DNA from: an uncultured delta proteobacterium
GTDB taxonomy: Bacteria > Myxococcota_A > Polyangia > Polyangiales > Polyangiaceae
Assembly (NCBI GenBank): GCA_963696385.1
Contig: CAVOKF010000007.1
Location: forward strand, 608,001 to 672,000
Length of the DNA stretch: 64,000 nt
Direction of reading: 5' to 3'
Part shown: one piece after another, positions 9,704-19,480 of the stretch
Numbering within the stretch: the stretch's first letter is position 1
How the letters are laid out: each line of letters begins with the position of its first letter
Notes under the pieces: model-generated
What the model was told of the DNA's origin: nothing
The model's database searches: none
Seen by the model: only the letters and a program-made list of their open reading frames with translations
Position numbers and translations under genes: made by a program

Positions 9704-9829
9704 GCGTCACCCCTCGGGCCCTGACCGAGCGCGAGGCCGTCGCCGCGGCCGACGGCCCGCGCAGGGATTGCGCCGCCGCGAATGTTCTTCCGACAGCTCC
9801 CGGGCCATGGTCGAAGGGCCTCGGGGGGT

Positions 9830-9845
9830 TGGATTGAAAGTTGCT
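9830..9845 (+). promoter_or_regulatory. Sigma-54 -24/-12 promoter for the response regulator
   Basis: TGGATTG-AAAG-TTGCT; GGAGG SD and ATG 9872 follow. Confidence 0.55.
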
Positions 9846-9871
9846 CCGGTGTCGCGCGGAGGCATGCGACG

Positions 9872-10510
9872 ATGACGCGCGACGATGATCCCCCGACGTC
9901 GACGACTGTACGAACCCAAAACGCGGTCCTCCGAACCTTGGCACACGAACTGCGCCGCCAACGATCGGAACCCGAGACGACGGACGATCTGGAGGGGCAG
10001 GTCGTCGAGGAGTCCGCGCGATTGGCATCCGCGATGCGGGAGGCGAACCGCGCGCGGCAAAGTCGATCGCCGGGCGCTCCCGAGCTGGACAGTGCCGTCG
10101 GCGACCCGATTTCAGGTCGCCGGTGCCGGATTCTGATCGTCGATGACGACGAAGGCGCGCGGACCGCGCTCGCGGCTTGGCTCGGACGAGACTACGAGGT
10201 CGTCACGGCGGGCGACGGTATCGAGGGTCTCGAGCGAGCGGCCGAAATGGCGCCCGACATCGTCATCGCGGACGTCTGGATGCCGAGGCTCGACGGCGTT
10301 TCGATGGTGAACCGAATGAAGCGCATCGACTCGCTGCGCGATGTCCCCGTCGTCTTTCTCAGTGGCCAAACAGAGCCCGTGAGCATCGCCGCAGGCTTTT
10401 CGGCCGGGGGTCATTCGTATCTGACCAAGCCCATCGATCTCGGGTTGTTGGAGGACGAGCTGCGCTTGGCGTTGGGGTCGCAAAGCCCACGACCGGAGGG
10501 CTCTCCATGA
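9872..10510 (+). CDS. Receiver-domain (REC) protein with N-terminal extension
   Basis: ILIVDDD, IADVWMPRLDG, FLSG, YLTKP; no output domain. Confidence 0.85.
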   Translation: MTRDDDPPTSTTVRTQNAVLRTLAHELRRQRSEPETTDDLEGQVVEESARLASAMREANRARQSRSPGAPELDSAVGDPISGRRCRILIVDDDEGARTALAAWLGRDYEVVTAGDGIEGLERAAEMAPDIVIADVWMPRLDGVSMVNRMKRIDSLRDVPVVFLSGQTEPVSIAAGFSAGGHSYLTKPIDLGLLEDELRLALGSQSPRPEGSP

Positions 10511-11067
10511 ACGACGGCAGACCCCTGCACGACGCCGGTATCCAAAAGCCCCGTTGGGCGGCGGCGCCGCCGCTGTCGGTCGAGATTTCGGATCCGGACC
10601 GGATTCGGTTCGAGCCCATACCCGACGGTGCCGCGCCGGGGCGGAGCGACGACGCCGAGCTCACGCCGGGCCCTTCGTTTCGGGTCACCCTCGTCGGTTT
10701 CGCAGGGCGACAACCGGAGCGCACCATGCCGCTATGGGTGATTCGCCAGGTTCATGTGACGACCGCCATGACCCGTGAATGGGATCGGGTCGCGGCGCAG
10801 CCGCCTTCGAGCGTCGCACGGCCTCTTGGGACTGCGGACCGCCAAGACGTCGAGGCGCGCGGCGCAAGCGAGCGCTGGCTTCGTCGCCCTTCGGAACACC
10901 CGCTCGGATCGAGCGAGGCGCTCGCTCGACGCGCGTCCGAACACCCGCCGACCGGGCATCGGGATCCCGGCGCGTCGCACGATCCACGACCCGGTCCAGA
11001 CCCCGCAGAGCCTTTCGGCTCGAGCGACCGATGGCACGACGGGCCCGGAGAACGACGCTACGGGTGA
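10507..11067 (+). CDS. Hypothetical protein with degenerate GASE/SSE repeats
   Basis: ATGA overlap with REC gene stop and GGAGG SD; RGASERW, RPSEHP, GSSEAL, RASEHP. Confidence 0.5.
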   Translation: MNDGRPLHDAGIQKPRWAAAPPLSVEISDPDRIRFEPIPDGAAPGRSDDAELTPGPSFRVTLVGFAGRQPERTMPLWVIRQVHVTTAMTREWDRVAAQPPSSVARPLGTADRQDVEARGASERWLRRPSEHPLGSSEALARRASEHPPTGHRDPGASHDPRPGPDPAEPFGSSDRWHDGPGERRYG

Positions 11068-11140
11068 GTCGGTCGAAGCCACGGAACTCGATACTCTCGC
11101 TGCCCGACCGGGTTTTGTGGGCCACCGCCGAGGGCGACGG

Positions 11141-11569
11141 CTACCGGCTCTCGCTCGCGTCCGATTGGTTCTGAATGCCTTCGCAAACGCTCGACAGCTC
11201 CCGACCCAGCAGCACGAACAGGTCGTCGGCGGTCACGATCCCGACGGTCTGACCTTGGTCGTCCACGACCGGAAGCCGGCGGATGCCGTGCAGGCGCATG
11301 CGCTCGGCGGCCGTCTCGAGGCCTTCGTGAACCGAAACCGTGATGGCGCCGTACGTGACGAAGTCGCCGACGCGCGCCGAGGTCGCGTCAATTCCTTCGG
11401 CCAGCACGCGAACGACGAGGTCGCGGTCGGTGACGATGCCGGCAAGGTGCCCCGACTCCTGGACAATCAGGCACCCGACGCCTCGGTCACGCATGGTGCG
11501 CGCGGCCCCTTCGACGGTTTCTTCGGGAGACACGGTGGCCACTGGAGCCCTGAATCGATCGAGCGACAT
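11141..11569 (-). CDS. CBS-pair protein (Hrp1/Rv2626c-like)
   Basis: AARTMRDRGVGCLIV, GIVTDRDL, MRLHGIRRLPVVD, GIVTADD. Confidence 0.9.
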   Translation of the reverse strand: MSLDRFRAPVATVSPEETVEGAARTMRDRGVGCLIVQESGHLAGIVTDRDLVVRVLAEGIDATSARVGDFVTYGAITVSVHEGLETAAERMRLHGIRRLPVVDDQGQTVGIVTADDLFVLLGRELSSVCEGIQNQSDASESR

Positions 11570-11582
11570 GGGGGGCGCACAC

Positions 11583-11598
11583 TGCAGCCGACATGCCC
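11583..11598 (-). promoter_or_regulatory. Sigma-54 -24/-12 promoter for the CBS gene
   Basis: GGGCATG-TCGG-CTGCA on minus strand, 13 nt before ATG 11569. Confidence 0.6.
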
Positions 11599-11734
11599 GC
11601 GGCCTGGGTCGCGCAACCGGCCGCTGGGTTTGCGCACTGGCGCAGCACGCCACCCCCGGCCCGGGCCGATGCGGGCTCTGCCGGGGCGCGCATGAATTGC
11701 ACCCTGACCGACCGCGTGACTGGTGAAAAGAGCA

Positions 11735-11750
11735 CGGCGCGGGGTTTGCC
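11735..11750 (+). promoter_or_regulatory. Sigma-54 -24/-12 promoter for the lipoprotein gene
   Basis: CGGCGCG-GGGT-TTGCC, 13 nt before ATG 11764. Confidence 0.55.
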
Positions 11751-11763
11751 CGTTGCACGCGGG

Positions 11764-12816
11764 ATGAGAACCGTCGTCTGCTCGGCCTCTGCTCTGCTTC
11801 TGGCAACCGCCTGTGCCTCGGAGAGGCCGGTGGACGCCGCTGCCATCGGGCCGATCGCACCGCAAGCGGAGGCTAGGGCGCCGGGTCATGCGCTCGTGAC
11901 GCAGGCGACATCCTGCTGGATGGGAGGACTCTGGAGCGATGCGCTCGGCGAGACCGACGAGGCCCGCACGGCCGGAATCGACCGCCGCTGCAATGCGCTG
12001 CTGCACGACATCGATCTCGCGGCAGCGGAACGCGGGCGTGCGCTTGCCGACCGGGTGCCGCCGCCGGCGCCCGAGGAAGCGTATTACCCGCTTCGAGCGG
12101 TGGAGCCGCACATCGTCGACGCCCTGGCGCACAAGGTCGAAGAGAGAGCGGCGCGCGACGCCGAGGAGGCCCCCCACGCGCGCGACCTCGTCGTCCTGCT
12201 TCGCGCGATAGCGGCCGCGGCGCGAGAGACCGTGCAGGCACGACGCGCCGCCGATTTCGTCAAAGACGACATCCGGGCGCAGTCCGGCGCGGCCGAGAAG
12301 ACCGCAGACGAAGCGGCGGCCGCCACCAAACTGGGACGCGGTGAGGGCCTCGACTCGCTCTGGCGTGCCGACGCGGGAGTGTACGCCCACGAGGCCCGGA
12401 GCCTTGCCATCCTGACCGCGCTCGATCGAATGCAGATTGCCCGGGGGCTGCCCAAGGCCCTCAAGATCGAAACAGTGCGCACGGGCTTTGCCGACCTGTT
12501 CGGAGTTTCCGCGCCGGCCGCTTCGAACGACGCCGCCAACGCCCCGCCGGAAGGCACGTGGCTCGCCTATTTGACCGAGGTTGCCGGAGCCGCCGGTCAT
12601 CCGATCCCGACCGACGCGCGCCATCCGCAAAACCGCGAGCCGCTCGCGTGGACGGGCGTCTTGGAAGGCATCGCCGATAGGCTTCGCGCCGATTCGGTCG
12701 TATTCCCTACAGGCACCCCCCTCGGCGATGTCGAGCGCGCCATCGCGATCCGCCTCGACGCGGAGTACGCGGACGAGCGAGCCGCCTACGCGGCCCATGC
12801 GGCGGCGGATCGCTGA
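11764..12816 (+). CDS. Hypothetical helical lipoprotein
   Basis: MRTVVCSASALLLATAC lipobox; SCWMGGLWSDALGE, WLAYL..VAGAAGHP, REPLAWTGVL motifs. Confidence 0.7.
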   Translation: MRTVVCSASALLLATACASERPVDAAAIGPIAPQAEARAPGHALVTQATSCWMGGLWSDALGETDEARTAGIDRRCNALLHDIDLAAAERGRALADRVPPPAPEEAYYPLRAVEPHIVDALAHKVEERAARDAEEAPHARDLVVLLRAIAAAARETVQARRAADFVKDDIRAQSGAAEKTADEAAAATKLGRGEGLDSLWRADAGVYAHEARSLAILTALDRMQIARGLPKALKIETVRTGFADLFGVSAPAASNDAANAPPEGTWLAYLTEVAGAAGHPIPTDARHPQNREPLAWTGVLEGIADRLRADSVVFPTGTPLGDVERAIAIRLDAEYADERAAYAAHAAADR

Positions 12817-12909
12817 TGCGGGCACCCACGGACGAGCTGAGAAGCTCTTCTTTAGCCACGACGCGCGAGCTCTTCCGTGGAGAACGCCGGAAGCACGCCC
12901 GCATCGACA

Positions 12910-12925
12910 CGGCACGAGGCTCGCT
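12910..12925 (+). promoter_or_regulatory. Sigma-54 -24/-12 promoter for the glycine-zipper gene
   Basis: CGGCACG-AGGC-TCGCT; GGAGGT SD and ATG 12971 follow. Confidence 0.55.
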
Positions 12926-12970
12926 TGCACAATGGGGAAGGGTTCCTCAAAACCTTTGGAGGTCGCCGTC

Positions 12971-13357
12971 ATGAGTTCAAAGCGCAAGGACAAGAGCACC
13001 GGAAGCCAAACGGACAAGCACCGCATGGCGCACGAGGCGGAAGGCGCGGCATCCGGAGCGGTCGCCGGAGGCGTGGTTGGAGCGGCCGCGGGCCCGCCCG
13101 GAATGGTGGCGGGCGCCATCATCGGCGGGGTGGCAGGTGCGATTGCCGGCGCCGTGCTCGATCGCGAATCGTCGAGGCAGGCCTCTCACACGCGCGAGCT
13201 CGACGCTCAGATCGGGGTGAGCGAAGGCGACCTTGGAGCGCCCAATCTCGAGCACCCGACCGCCGAGCGTGGCGCCTACTCGAACGCCTCGACCGGGGTG
13301 GAGTCGTCGTCCGCCGAACAGCCGGCGGAGGGGCCGATGCAGACGCCGGAGAGCTAG
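12971..13357 (+). CDS. Small glycine-zipper protein, paralogue of 6708..7064
   Basis: GAASGAVAGGVVGAAAGPPGMVAGAIIGGVAGAIAG followed by ELDAQIGVSEGDLGA. Confidence 0.7.
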   Translation: MSSKRKDKSTGSQTDKHRMAHEAEGAASGAVAGGVVGAAAGPPGMVAGAIIGGVAGAIAGAVLDRESSRQASHTRELDAQIGVSEGDLGAPNLEHPTAERGAYSNASTGVESSSAEQPAEGPMQTPES

Positions 13358-13677
13358 AGAGGGCTCGAGAGACGGCGAGGGGGGCGCTGGTCGGAAAGGT
13401 GGGCGGCATGCTGGCCGGCAGGCATGTACGAGTCGTAGAGCCCTCGCGCTTCGTACAGGGGCTTGTGCATACCCTAAGCCTAAGCGCCGCCGCGGGCGAC
13501 GAGGAGATCGTTGTACAGCGCACCCGCTTGGGCCGCGGTGGAGCGTGACGCCCGAGTTCGAGGGGCAGGATCCGTAAGACGCAGAATCTGCAGCTCAGCG
13601 TAATGTTGGCCAGCGGACCGATCCGTGCACCAATCATCCTCCCGCGCCTGCTGTCGAGCCTGTAAGCTTCCCGCCGG

Positions 13678-15240
13678 ATGTTGCCCGACGATCTGCTGCA
13701 CCCCGAAGCATGGCCGCAGCCGGCCCCACCGAGTGTCAAGCTGATTGAGACTCATGTGTCGTGGGTGTTTGTGGGTGGCCGCCAGGTCATCAAGATCAAA
13801 AAGCCCGTGGCGCTGGGGTTCGTGGACTTTCGGTCGGTGGAACGCCGACGGGTGGCTTGCGAGGACGAGGTCCGGCTCAACACCCGCCTGGCGCCGGGCG
13901 TCTATCTGGGGGTGCTTCCCATCGTCCGAGACCCGGGCGGGCAGATCTCCATCGCGGGAGACGGCGAGATCGTCGATTGGGCCGTGCACATGCGGCGTCT
14001 CGATGACGATACGCGCGCGGACGTATTGCTTGGACGAGGGGCACTCACCCACGACCACATCAACTCCGTGGCACGCGCCATCGCCGATCTCCACCGGCAG
14101 TCGGCGGTGAGCGAAACCACCGCGGCGCGTTGGGCGTCGGTATCGGCGATCGAAAGGAACGTGCTGGAAAACTTCGGCCAAACCGCCAAGCTGTCGTCCG
14201 CGTACATGGAGGATCGGGCCGCCGATGAGATCGAGCAGGCGCAGGTGAAGTTCGTGGCCGAGCACGAGTCGCTGATCTCGGCGCGCGTTCGGGCCGGCCG
14301 GATTCGCGACGGACACGGCGATCTTCGGCTCGAACACATTTATTTCGACAGCGAAGGTCTGCGGATCATCGACTGCGTCGAGTTCGACGAGCGGTACCGC
14401 GTCGAGGACGTGTGCTCGGATGTGGCCTTTCTATCGATGGACCTCGCGGGTCAGAACCGGGTCGATTTGGCCGAGTGGCTGCTCGCCCGCTACGCGCGCC
14501 TGTCGGGCGATTACGATCTGTACGCCCTCGTGGACTTCTACGAGGGATACCGCGCATGGGTACGCGCAAAGGTCTCGGCCTTGCTCGCGGCGGACGCCGG
14601 AGTCGACGAGGGCACTCGCATGCGCGCCGCGCGCGAGGCTCGCCGTCATTTTCTTCTCGCGCTCGCCTGCACTCGGCCGCCCCTGGTCGCACCGCAGCTC
14701 GTTTGCGTGTGCGGCGTGATCGGTTCGGGCAAGAGCAGCATCGCCGACGCGCTGTCAAGAGAGCTGTCGTGGCCGGTGGTCGACAGCGATCGAACCCGAA
14801 AGCAGCTGCTCGGCGTGGAAGAAACGCGGCCGCTGACCGATCCCTTGTGGAGCGGCGCCTACAGCCCAGACGTCACGGCGCAGGTCTACACAGAGACGTT
14901 CCGCCGGGCCTCCGTCGTGCTGGCGTCGAAACGCCCGGTCATCGTCGACGCGTCGTTTCGGTCGAGCGCGACCCGGCGCAGCGCGCGCGAGCTCGCCCAT
15001 GCCCACGGCGTTCCGTTCGTGCTGCTCGAGTGCCAGGCTCCTGCCGAAGTCTGTCGCGCCCGGCTGAGCCGTCGACCCCCGGGTGCGAGCGACGGGCGCC
15101 CGGCCATGTTCGAACCCTTCGCCGCGTCGTTCGAGCCGATCCGGGAGCTCGCTCCCGCCGAACACGTGGTCGTGGACACGACCGAGACCTTGGAACACAC
15201 GCTCGACATGCTGCGCAGTCGACTGCGCGGCGCTTCGTGA
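13678..15240 (+). CDS. Bifunctional APH-like phosphotransferase / AAA_33 P-loop kinase (Rv2004c-like)
   Basis: IETHVSWVF, KIKKPV, EVRLNTRLAP, DGHGDLRLEH, IDCVEF, DVAFLSMDL; Walker A GVIGSGKS. Confidence 0.9.
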   Translation: MLPDDLLHPEAWPQPAPPSVKLIETHVSWVFVGGRQVIKIKKPVALGFVDFRSVERRRVACEDEVRLNTRLAPGVYLGVLPIVRDPGGQISIAGDGEIVDWAVHMRRLDDDTRADVLLGRGALTHDHINSVARAIADLHRQSAVSETTAARWASVSAIERNVLENFGQTAKLSSAYMEDRAADEIEQAQVKFVAEHESLISARVRAGRIRDGHGDLRLEHIYFDSEGLRIIDCVEFDERYRVEDVCSDVAFLSMDLAGQNRVDLAEWLLARYARLSGDYDLYALVDFYEGYRAWVRAKVSALLAADAGVDEGTRMRAAREARRHFLLALACTRPPLVAPQLVCVCGVIGSGKSSIADALSRELSWPVVDSDRTRKQLLGVEETRPLTDPLWSGAYSPDVTAQVYTETFRRASVVLASKRPVIVDASFRSSATRRSARELAHAHGVPFVLLECQAPAEVCRARLSRRPPGASDGRPAMFEPFAASFEPIRELAPAEHVVVDTTETLEHTLDMLRSRLRGAS

Positions 15241-15256
15241 CCGGGCTCGATCGGTC

Positions 15257-16400
15257 CTACGCCGATCGCGGGCCGTCGACCCAGTGGACCACGAAGACGG
15301 CGCCAGGGGCCGCGTCCTCGACCCCAATCGAATCCGCCGTGAGCCTCGACCGCGAGCTTGCAGAACGCGAGCCCCAGCCCGTGACCGGTCCGAGCCGTCC
15401 GCCCATCGTCGGCCTCGAGCCGTACGAACGGGTCGAAGATGCTCTCGCGCATCTTGGCAGGAACGCCGACTCCCGCATCCGTCACTCGAATCTCGGTCGC
15501 GCCGGCTTGCTGCCCGCTCGTTACACGGACGACGGAGCCCCTCGGCGCGTGGCGAATGGCGTTCTCGATGAGGTTGGCGAGCGTGCGGCGGAGCAGATCC
15601 TCATCGGCGCGAACGCGACCGATGCCGAGCTCCAGGTCGATCCTCACGTGCCGCTCGGCGGCCGCGCCCTCGAGCTCCCCGCTCACGCGCTCCAAAAGGG
15701 CCGCGAGATCGATGTCCGATCTCTTTGCGACCAGCTTGCCCTCGTCGGCTTTGCTGATGTCGAGCAGGTTGAGAATCATCCGGTTGAGCTGGCGCGCCGA
15801 GCTGCGGATTTGCGCAGCGGACTGCCGGGCCCCGTCGCGCAGGGTGGGGTCTCGCAGCAGGACCTGGGCATGCAAATCCATCGCGTTAACGTGATTTTTG
15901 AGGTCATGGACGACGAAAGCCATGAGCCGCTCTTTTTGCAGCTGCAGCCGCAGCAGGTCGTCGCGCTGGTGCTTGATGAGATCGAAGTGCTCGCGCAGTT
16001 CGGCCCCCATTCGGCGCAGTTTCAAGACCGTCTGCACACGTGCGATGAGCTCCGCCGGTCGAACGGGCTTGGTCAGGAAATCGTCCCCACCCGCCCGCAA
16101 CGCGCGATCGAAGGTGTCCACGTCGCGCAATGCCGTAAGAAAGAGCACGGGGATCGTCGCGCCCTCGGGACGCGCGCGGATCTGCTCGCACACCGCGAAG
16201 CCGTCGACCTCGGGCATTCGCACGTCCAACACGACACAATCGGGGCGCTCTCGATCGAACGCCGCGATCCCCTCGGCGCCTCCGGTCGCGGTCGCGACCC
16301 GATACCCCTCGTCCTCGAGCGTGTGCCGAGCCAGCAGGCGATTCGCCTCGTTGTCGTCGACGACCAGGATCAGCGCCGGTGGATTCGGGGCAGTCGGCAT
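15257..16400 (-). CDS. Hybrid REC-HisKA-HATPase histidine kinase with an apparent 1-nt insertion near 15331
   Basis: ILVVDD, LDVRMP, HDLKN, NLIENAIRH, DAGVG, GHGLGL; removing one T after AHGG gives SIGVEDAAPGAVFVVHW..stop at 15257 and removes a 350-nt overlap with the opposite gene. Confidence 0.85.
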
Positions 16401-16600
16401 GGGACGGGGGACAGGTGCAGGCCATCGGGCGCGCGATCCGGCTGCACCGGCGCCGGAGTGGCAGGCTGCCGGGACCGCTGCTCGACGTCAAGGGCTGCAC
16501 CGGGAAAGGCTCCCTTCGAACGACCCGCCTCGGCGGCAAGGTTTGTCCCTCTCGGCCCCTTTGGACACCCCGACCGCGAAGGGCCCGACTGCCCTTCGAA

Positions 16601-17338
16601 TTAGGTTCGATGATTGGGACAGCACGCGTGCCCGGTCGGCCACCCGGCGTCCGCCCAGGCTTGGCCCACGTGCACGATCTGCAGCAGACCCAAGGCGACC
16701 ATGGCCATACCCGCGGCCACGCGCACCATCCGGAGGCGAGCCATGCGTGCGATGGCCGCGCCGGCGGAGCCCATGGCCATGAGCATGGGCAACGTGCCCA
16801 GTCCAAAGGCCGCCATCGTCGCTGCCCCCCCGAGCGCCGAGCCGCTGGTCACGGCGGCCGCCAACGCCGCGTACACGAGCCCGCACGGCATCCATCCCCA
16901 CACGAGGCCGAGCGCCCACGCCGACAGAGGGTGCCGAATCGGCACGAGGCGCTGGGCAGCCGGGGCGATGCCGCGCCAAATCGGCGCCGCCGCCCGTTCC
17001 ACCCAGCGAAGGGCGCGAGACACCCCGGCGATGTACAAGCCGACGGCCAACATCATCAGAGCGGCGGCGAGACGCAGGGTCAATTCGGCGTGCCAGAGCA
17101 ACCCGAGAGCCGCCAAAGACGAACCGAGGCCCCCGGCCGCCGCGCCCGCCGCGGCATAGGATGAAATGCGGCCCGCGTTGTAGGTCAAGAGGTAAGGTAG
17201 CTGAGCGGCCAGTCGCCGCCGCCGCGCCAAGGGCAGCGCGGAGCAGGTCATCGCGACGACGCCGCCGCACATCACGACGCAATGCGTGCTGCCGAGCAGG
17301 CCCATGACCAGAGCCGAGGCGAGGAGCACCGCGCTCAT
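16601..17338 (-). CDS. DsbD_2 / sulfite exporter TauE-SafE-type cbb3 maturation protein
   Basis: GSTHCVVMCGG, YNAGRISSY, GWMPCGLVY, FGLGTLP. Confidence 0.88.
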   Translation of the reverse strand: MSAVLLASALVMGLLGSTHCVVMCGGVVAMTCSALPLARRRRLAAQLPYLLTYNAGRISSYAAAGAAAGGLGSSLAALGLLWHAELTLRLAAALMMLAVGLYIAGVSRALRWVERAAAPIWRGIAPAAQRLVPIRHPLSAWALGLVWGWMPCGLVYAALAAAVTSGSALGGAATMAAFGLGTLPMLMAMGSAGAAIARMARLRMVRVAAGMAMVALGLLQIVHVGQAWADAGWPTGHACCPNHRT

Positions 17339-18729
17339 CGCGACGGCCCGAGGAACATCCCGCTCACGACGACGGGACGACCGGACCCGTCGTCTCGCGA
17401 GATGCGAATGCGAAACGGAAGGTCCGATCGAAATCGGTCGCGCGAAACGGACAGGAAAACCGGGATTCGCACGTTGGACAGCGACGAAACAAGAGGCGCG
17501 GGAATCGAGACGAGCGCGCGCATCGCGTCATCGGCTTGGACGTCGATGCGGTAGCGTTGCTCGATCGCGCGCTTGTTGACCAGGTGCAGCTGCACCGCTT
17601 CGCGCACCTCGCCGCCTTCGACGACGAACGGCTCACCGGGCAAGCGCAAGAGCGTGGCTTCGAAGTCGTTGCGGCCGCGAACCGCCACGAGCGCGACGAC
17701 CGCACCCAACACGAGCAGCGCCGCATAAAAGACCAGGCGCGGGCGCACGAACCTTCGGCGACGGCCGGCGAGTCCCTCTTCCGAGTCGTAGCGGATGAGA
17801 CCCCGCGGGCGTCCGAGCCTATCCATGACGTCGTCGCACGCGTCGATGCACGCCGTGCACGCCACGCACTCGAGCTGAGTGCCATTTCGAATGTCGATGC
17901 CGGTCGGGCACACCACGACGCAGCGCTTGCAGTCGACGCAATCGCCGGCGCCCGCGGTCGCCTTCTTGCCGCGCGGCTCGCCCCGCCGTCTGTCGTAGCC
18001 GATGACCCACGAGTGCTTGTCGAGCAGCGCCGACTGCAATCGCCCGTACGGACACAGAACGACGCAAAGCTGCTCTCGAAACCACGCGAAGTTCAAGTAG
18101 AAGACCGTGCTCATGGCCAGCACCCACCCGAAGGCTTCGGGGTGCGCGGAGGGCCTCTGGCGCACCATACGGAGGGTCGCCGGAAGCGACGCAAAGTAGC
18201 TCAGAAAGATGTGAGCCACGATCACCGCGCATAGCGCGTAGAGCGCGTGGGTCGCCGTCTTTCGCGCGACCTTACCCGCGTTCCACGGCCCGCGGTTGCG
18301 GCGAATTCGCTTCTCGCGCGGTCCCTCGACCCAGCGCTCCACACGCCGAAAGATCCCCTCGAGAAACACGGTCTGGGGGCATGCCCATCCACACCAGACT
18401 CGGCCGGCCACGGCCGTGGCCACCACGAGAGCGAACCCAATGCCTGTCAGCAAGAAAAACAGCAGCCACGTGTCCTGCGCATTGAACGTCGTGCCGAATA
18501 GATAGAGAGCGCGCGCATCGACATCGACGAACAGGGCCGGATGCCCGCCGACCCGAAGCCAGGGCAGCACCGCCCACAACGCGATGAGCGCGGCGTACAC
18601 CAGGCTCCGGGCGCGCTGAAATCGTCCGTGCACGTCGGCCGGTTGAATGGCATGACGCCGGCCGTCCGAAGGCAGCGAGTCGGAGGGCCAATCGCGAGCG
18701 TTGGCGAGCGGCAGAGGCGTCCGGCTCAT
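17335..18729 (-). CDS. ccoG: cbb3 oxidase accessory 4Fe-4S protein CcoG/FixG
   Basis: GRVWCGWACPQT, REQLCVVLCPYGRLQS, CVDCKRCVVVCP, ECVACTACIDACD. Confidence 0.93.
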   Translation of the reverse strand: MSRTPLPLANARDWPSDSLPSDGRRHAIQPADVHGRFQRARSLVYAALIALWAVLPWLRVGGHPALFVDVDARALYLFGTTFNAQDTWLLFFLLTGIGFALVVATAVAGRVWCGWACPQTVFLEGIFRRVERWVEGPREKRIRRNRGPWNAGKVARKTATHALYALCAVIVAHIFLSYFASLPATLRMVRQRPSAHPEAFGWVLAMSTVFYLNFAWFREQLCVVLCPYGRLQSALLDKHSWVIGYDRRRGEPRGKKATAGAGDCVDCKRCVVVCPTGIDIRNGTQLECVACTACIDACDDVMDRLGRPRGLIRYDSEEGLAGRRRRFVRPRLVFYAALLVLGAVVALVAVRGRNDFEATLLRLPGEPFVVEGGEVREAVQLHLVNKRAIEQRYRIDVQADDAMRALVSIPAPLVSSLSNVRIPVFLSVSRDRFRSDLPFRIRISRDDGSGRPVVVSGMFLGPSR

Positions 18730-19295
18730 GGGACCGCAAGCTCGCCTTGCGGCGCCTTGCCGCCCGGCGCGTTCGTGTCCTTGATGGACAACACGAACGC
18801 GACGACGGATTCCACTCGATCGTCGCCGAGCTGCGGGCCCCAAGCAGGCATGCCCTTGTTCGGAACGCCCCCGGACACCGTCCGGAACAGGTCCATGGGG
18901 CGGCTGCCGTGCAGCCAATAGGCGTCGGTCAAGTTGGGGCCGATGTTGCCGCCCCCATCGGCCCGATGGCAGGGAGCGCACGTGCTCGTGAAAGTCTCCC
19001 TCCCCTTGGCCAGAGTGGCCGGATCTTTGGACAGCGTGACGAGAAGCGCGTCATCAATCGTGCCGCGCGATCGGGCGCGCTCGGCGTCGGCCGCCCGCTC
19101 GGCCGCGATCTCCTTCGCATAGGCCTGCAGAGGCGTTTCGATCGCGTCCAACCGTCGGCCAAACCAGTAGACGAGTGCGAATACCACGGCGCCGTACAGC
19201 GTGAGCTGCCACCAGAGCGGCAGCTTGTTGTCGTGTTCGACGATGTCGTCGTAGACGTGAACCCGCTCGCGAGCGGAGGAGTCAGTGTCGCTCAC
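18726..19295 (-). CDS. ccoP: cbb3 cytochrome c oxidase subunit III, monoheme
   Basis: HVYDDIVEHDNKLPLWW N-terminus, a single CAPCH, GPNLTD, KGMPAW; GTG start inferred. Confidence 0.88.
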   Translation of the reverse strand: MSDTDSSARERVHVYDDIVEHDNKLPLWWQLTLYGAVVFALVYWFGRRLDAIETPLQAYAKEIAAERAADAERARSRGTIDDALLVTLSKDPATLAKGRETFTSTCAPCHRADGGGNIGPNLTDAYWLHGSRPMDLFRTVSGGVPNKGMPAWGPQLGDDRVESVVAFVLSIKDTNAPGGKAPQGELAVP

Positions 19296-19458
19296 GGCGA
19301 ACCTCGCCTTCGAGGGGCATCCGTGCCGCATCCGCCATTTCATCGGCGGACCTCGTCAGCACGCGCACGGCGGCGACGACCCAGATGCCGAGAAAACCAA
19401 ACATGGCGAACAGCGGCAAGAGGAGCAATGGAGAATGCTGCAGGAGCTCGTTGTGCAT
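19282..19458 (-). CDS. ccoQ: CcoQ-like small subunit
   Basis: 58 aa with one TM helix and AARMPLE tail; position between ccoO and ccoP; AAAGGA SD. Confidence 0.65.
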   Translation of the reverse strand: MHNELLQHSPLLLLPLFAMFGFLGIWVVAAVRVLTRSADEMADAARMPLEGEVRRERH

Positions 19459-19480
19459 GAGAGTCCTTTGGGGTCGGTTC

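Noticed and set aside
14886..15256. C-terminal extension of the histidine kinase overlapping the kinase gene on the other strand
   Set aside because: Explained by a single-base frameshift; the corrected frame stops at 15257.
16409..16431. Sigma-54 promoter for the hybrid kinase
   Set aside because: The candidates lack either the -24 GG or the -12 GC.
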